Shown: in pieces, positions 63,470 through 64,000 of the stretch
Layout of the letters: every line of letters begins with the position of its first letter
Position numbering within the stretch: the stretch's first letter is position 1
Source: Pristiophorus japonicus
Taxonomy: Eukaryota
Direction: 5' to 3'
Assembly: GCF_044704955.1 (NCBI RefSeq)
Contig: NC_091999.1
Span: forward strand, 23,436,001-23,500,000
Length of the DNA stretch: 64,000 nt
Program-made: the position numbers and the translations under genes
The notes under the pieces: model-generated
Told to the model about the DNA's origin: nothing
What the model saw: the letters and a program-made list of their open reading frames with translations, nothing else
The model's database searches: none

Positions 63470-63519
63470 TTACGCAATTGGCTACTGGGGACAAGGAACC
63501 ATGGTGACGGTGACTGCAG
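63470..63519 (+). other. IGHJ: IgH J segment (possibly D2-J joined)
   Basis: YAIGYWGQGTMVTVTA with WGxG motif; donor G|GTAAGG at 63519/63520. Confidence 0.93.
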
Positions 63520-64000
63520 GTAAGGAGCATTCACTGATTCAGTAACACTTGTATTTGTGTCTTTATTTTATATTTCTGTTTATTTTAATAATTATTTCGT
63601 TCACTGAAACTTGGATCCGGTGGATTTTGTTTTGAGATTTTTTTGCAATTATCAATGTGATTCTGCTGCAAAGTGATTATAGAATTCAACTGTTTCTCCA
63701 CAGAAAATGTTGTTGATGTGATTTGGTATTTATTTGCTGACGAGACTGTGTGTCGAGGTTACTTTAAATACCTTATGATTATTACACTGTTTGACGTTTC
63801 TGCAATGTTTAATCTTGGTGACCTCTGATTGCTGGAGTTTTTCTGATCGAATGCAAACATTGTGTTTGAATGTGTTTAAAAGAACATTGTAGGCACAAAA
63901 CAGAAAGCTTAGAGGTCAGTAAATAACCTTAAGGTCTTTTAAGTTTTTTCATGAAAATTACATTGTCATCTACTGACCGAATGTTCCCGAATGATCAGAT

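Overview
Vertebrate genomic DNA, almost certainly from a cartilaginous fish (shark-type IgM exons, shark CR1 and DeuSINE repeats), about half of it repeat-derived. The window is an antigen-receptor region in which cluster-type IgM heavy-chain genes and T-cell-receptor alpha/delta-type V segments are interleaved. From left to right: the 3' end of a decayed IgM cluster (CH3, CH4 plus secretory tail, TM1, TM2; 2.9-6.7 kb); four TCR alpha/delta-type V pseudogenes with 23-spacer RSSs (10.3 kb on the - strand; 14.8/19.5 kb, split by a full-length CR1 LINE; 20.7 kb; 30.3 kb, nonamer lost); a GPR139-like GPCR pseudogene (33.8-34.7 kb, -); and the 5' end of a second IgM cluster (62.6-63.5 kb). The VH of that second cluster appears already fused to a D segment in the germline, and it faces a J carrying a 12-spacer-like RSS (a VD-DJ germline-joined layout). 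The rest is a Gypsy LTR element, many CR1 copies, Vingi-like, L2-like and Harbinger remnants, a DeuSINE, several minisatellites (one 27-bp array in inverted arrangement) and three N gaps. No intact host protein-coding gene is visible. All family assignments come from manual translation and recalled consensus motifs, not from database searches.
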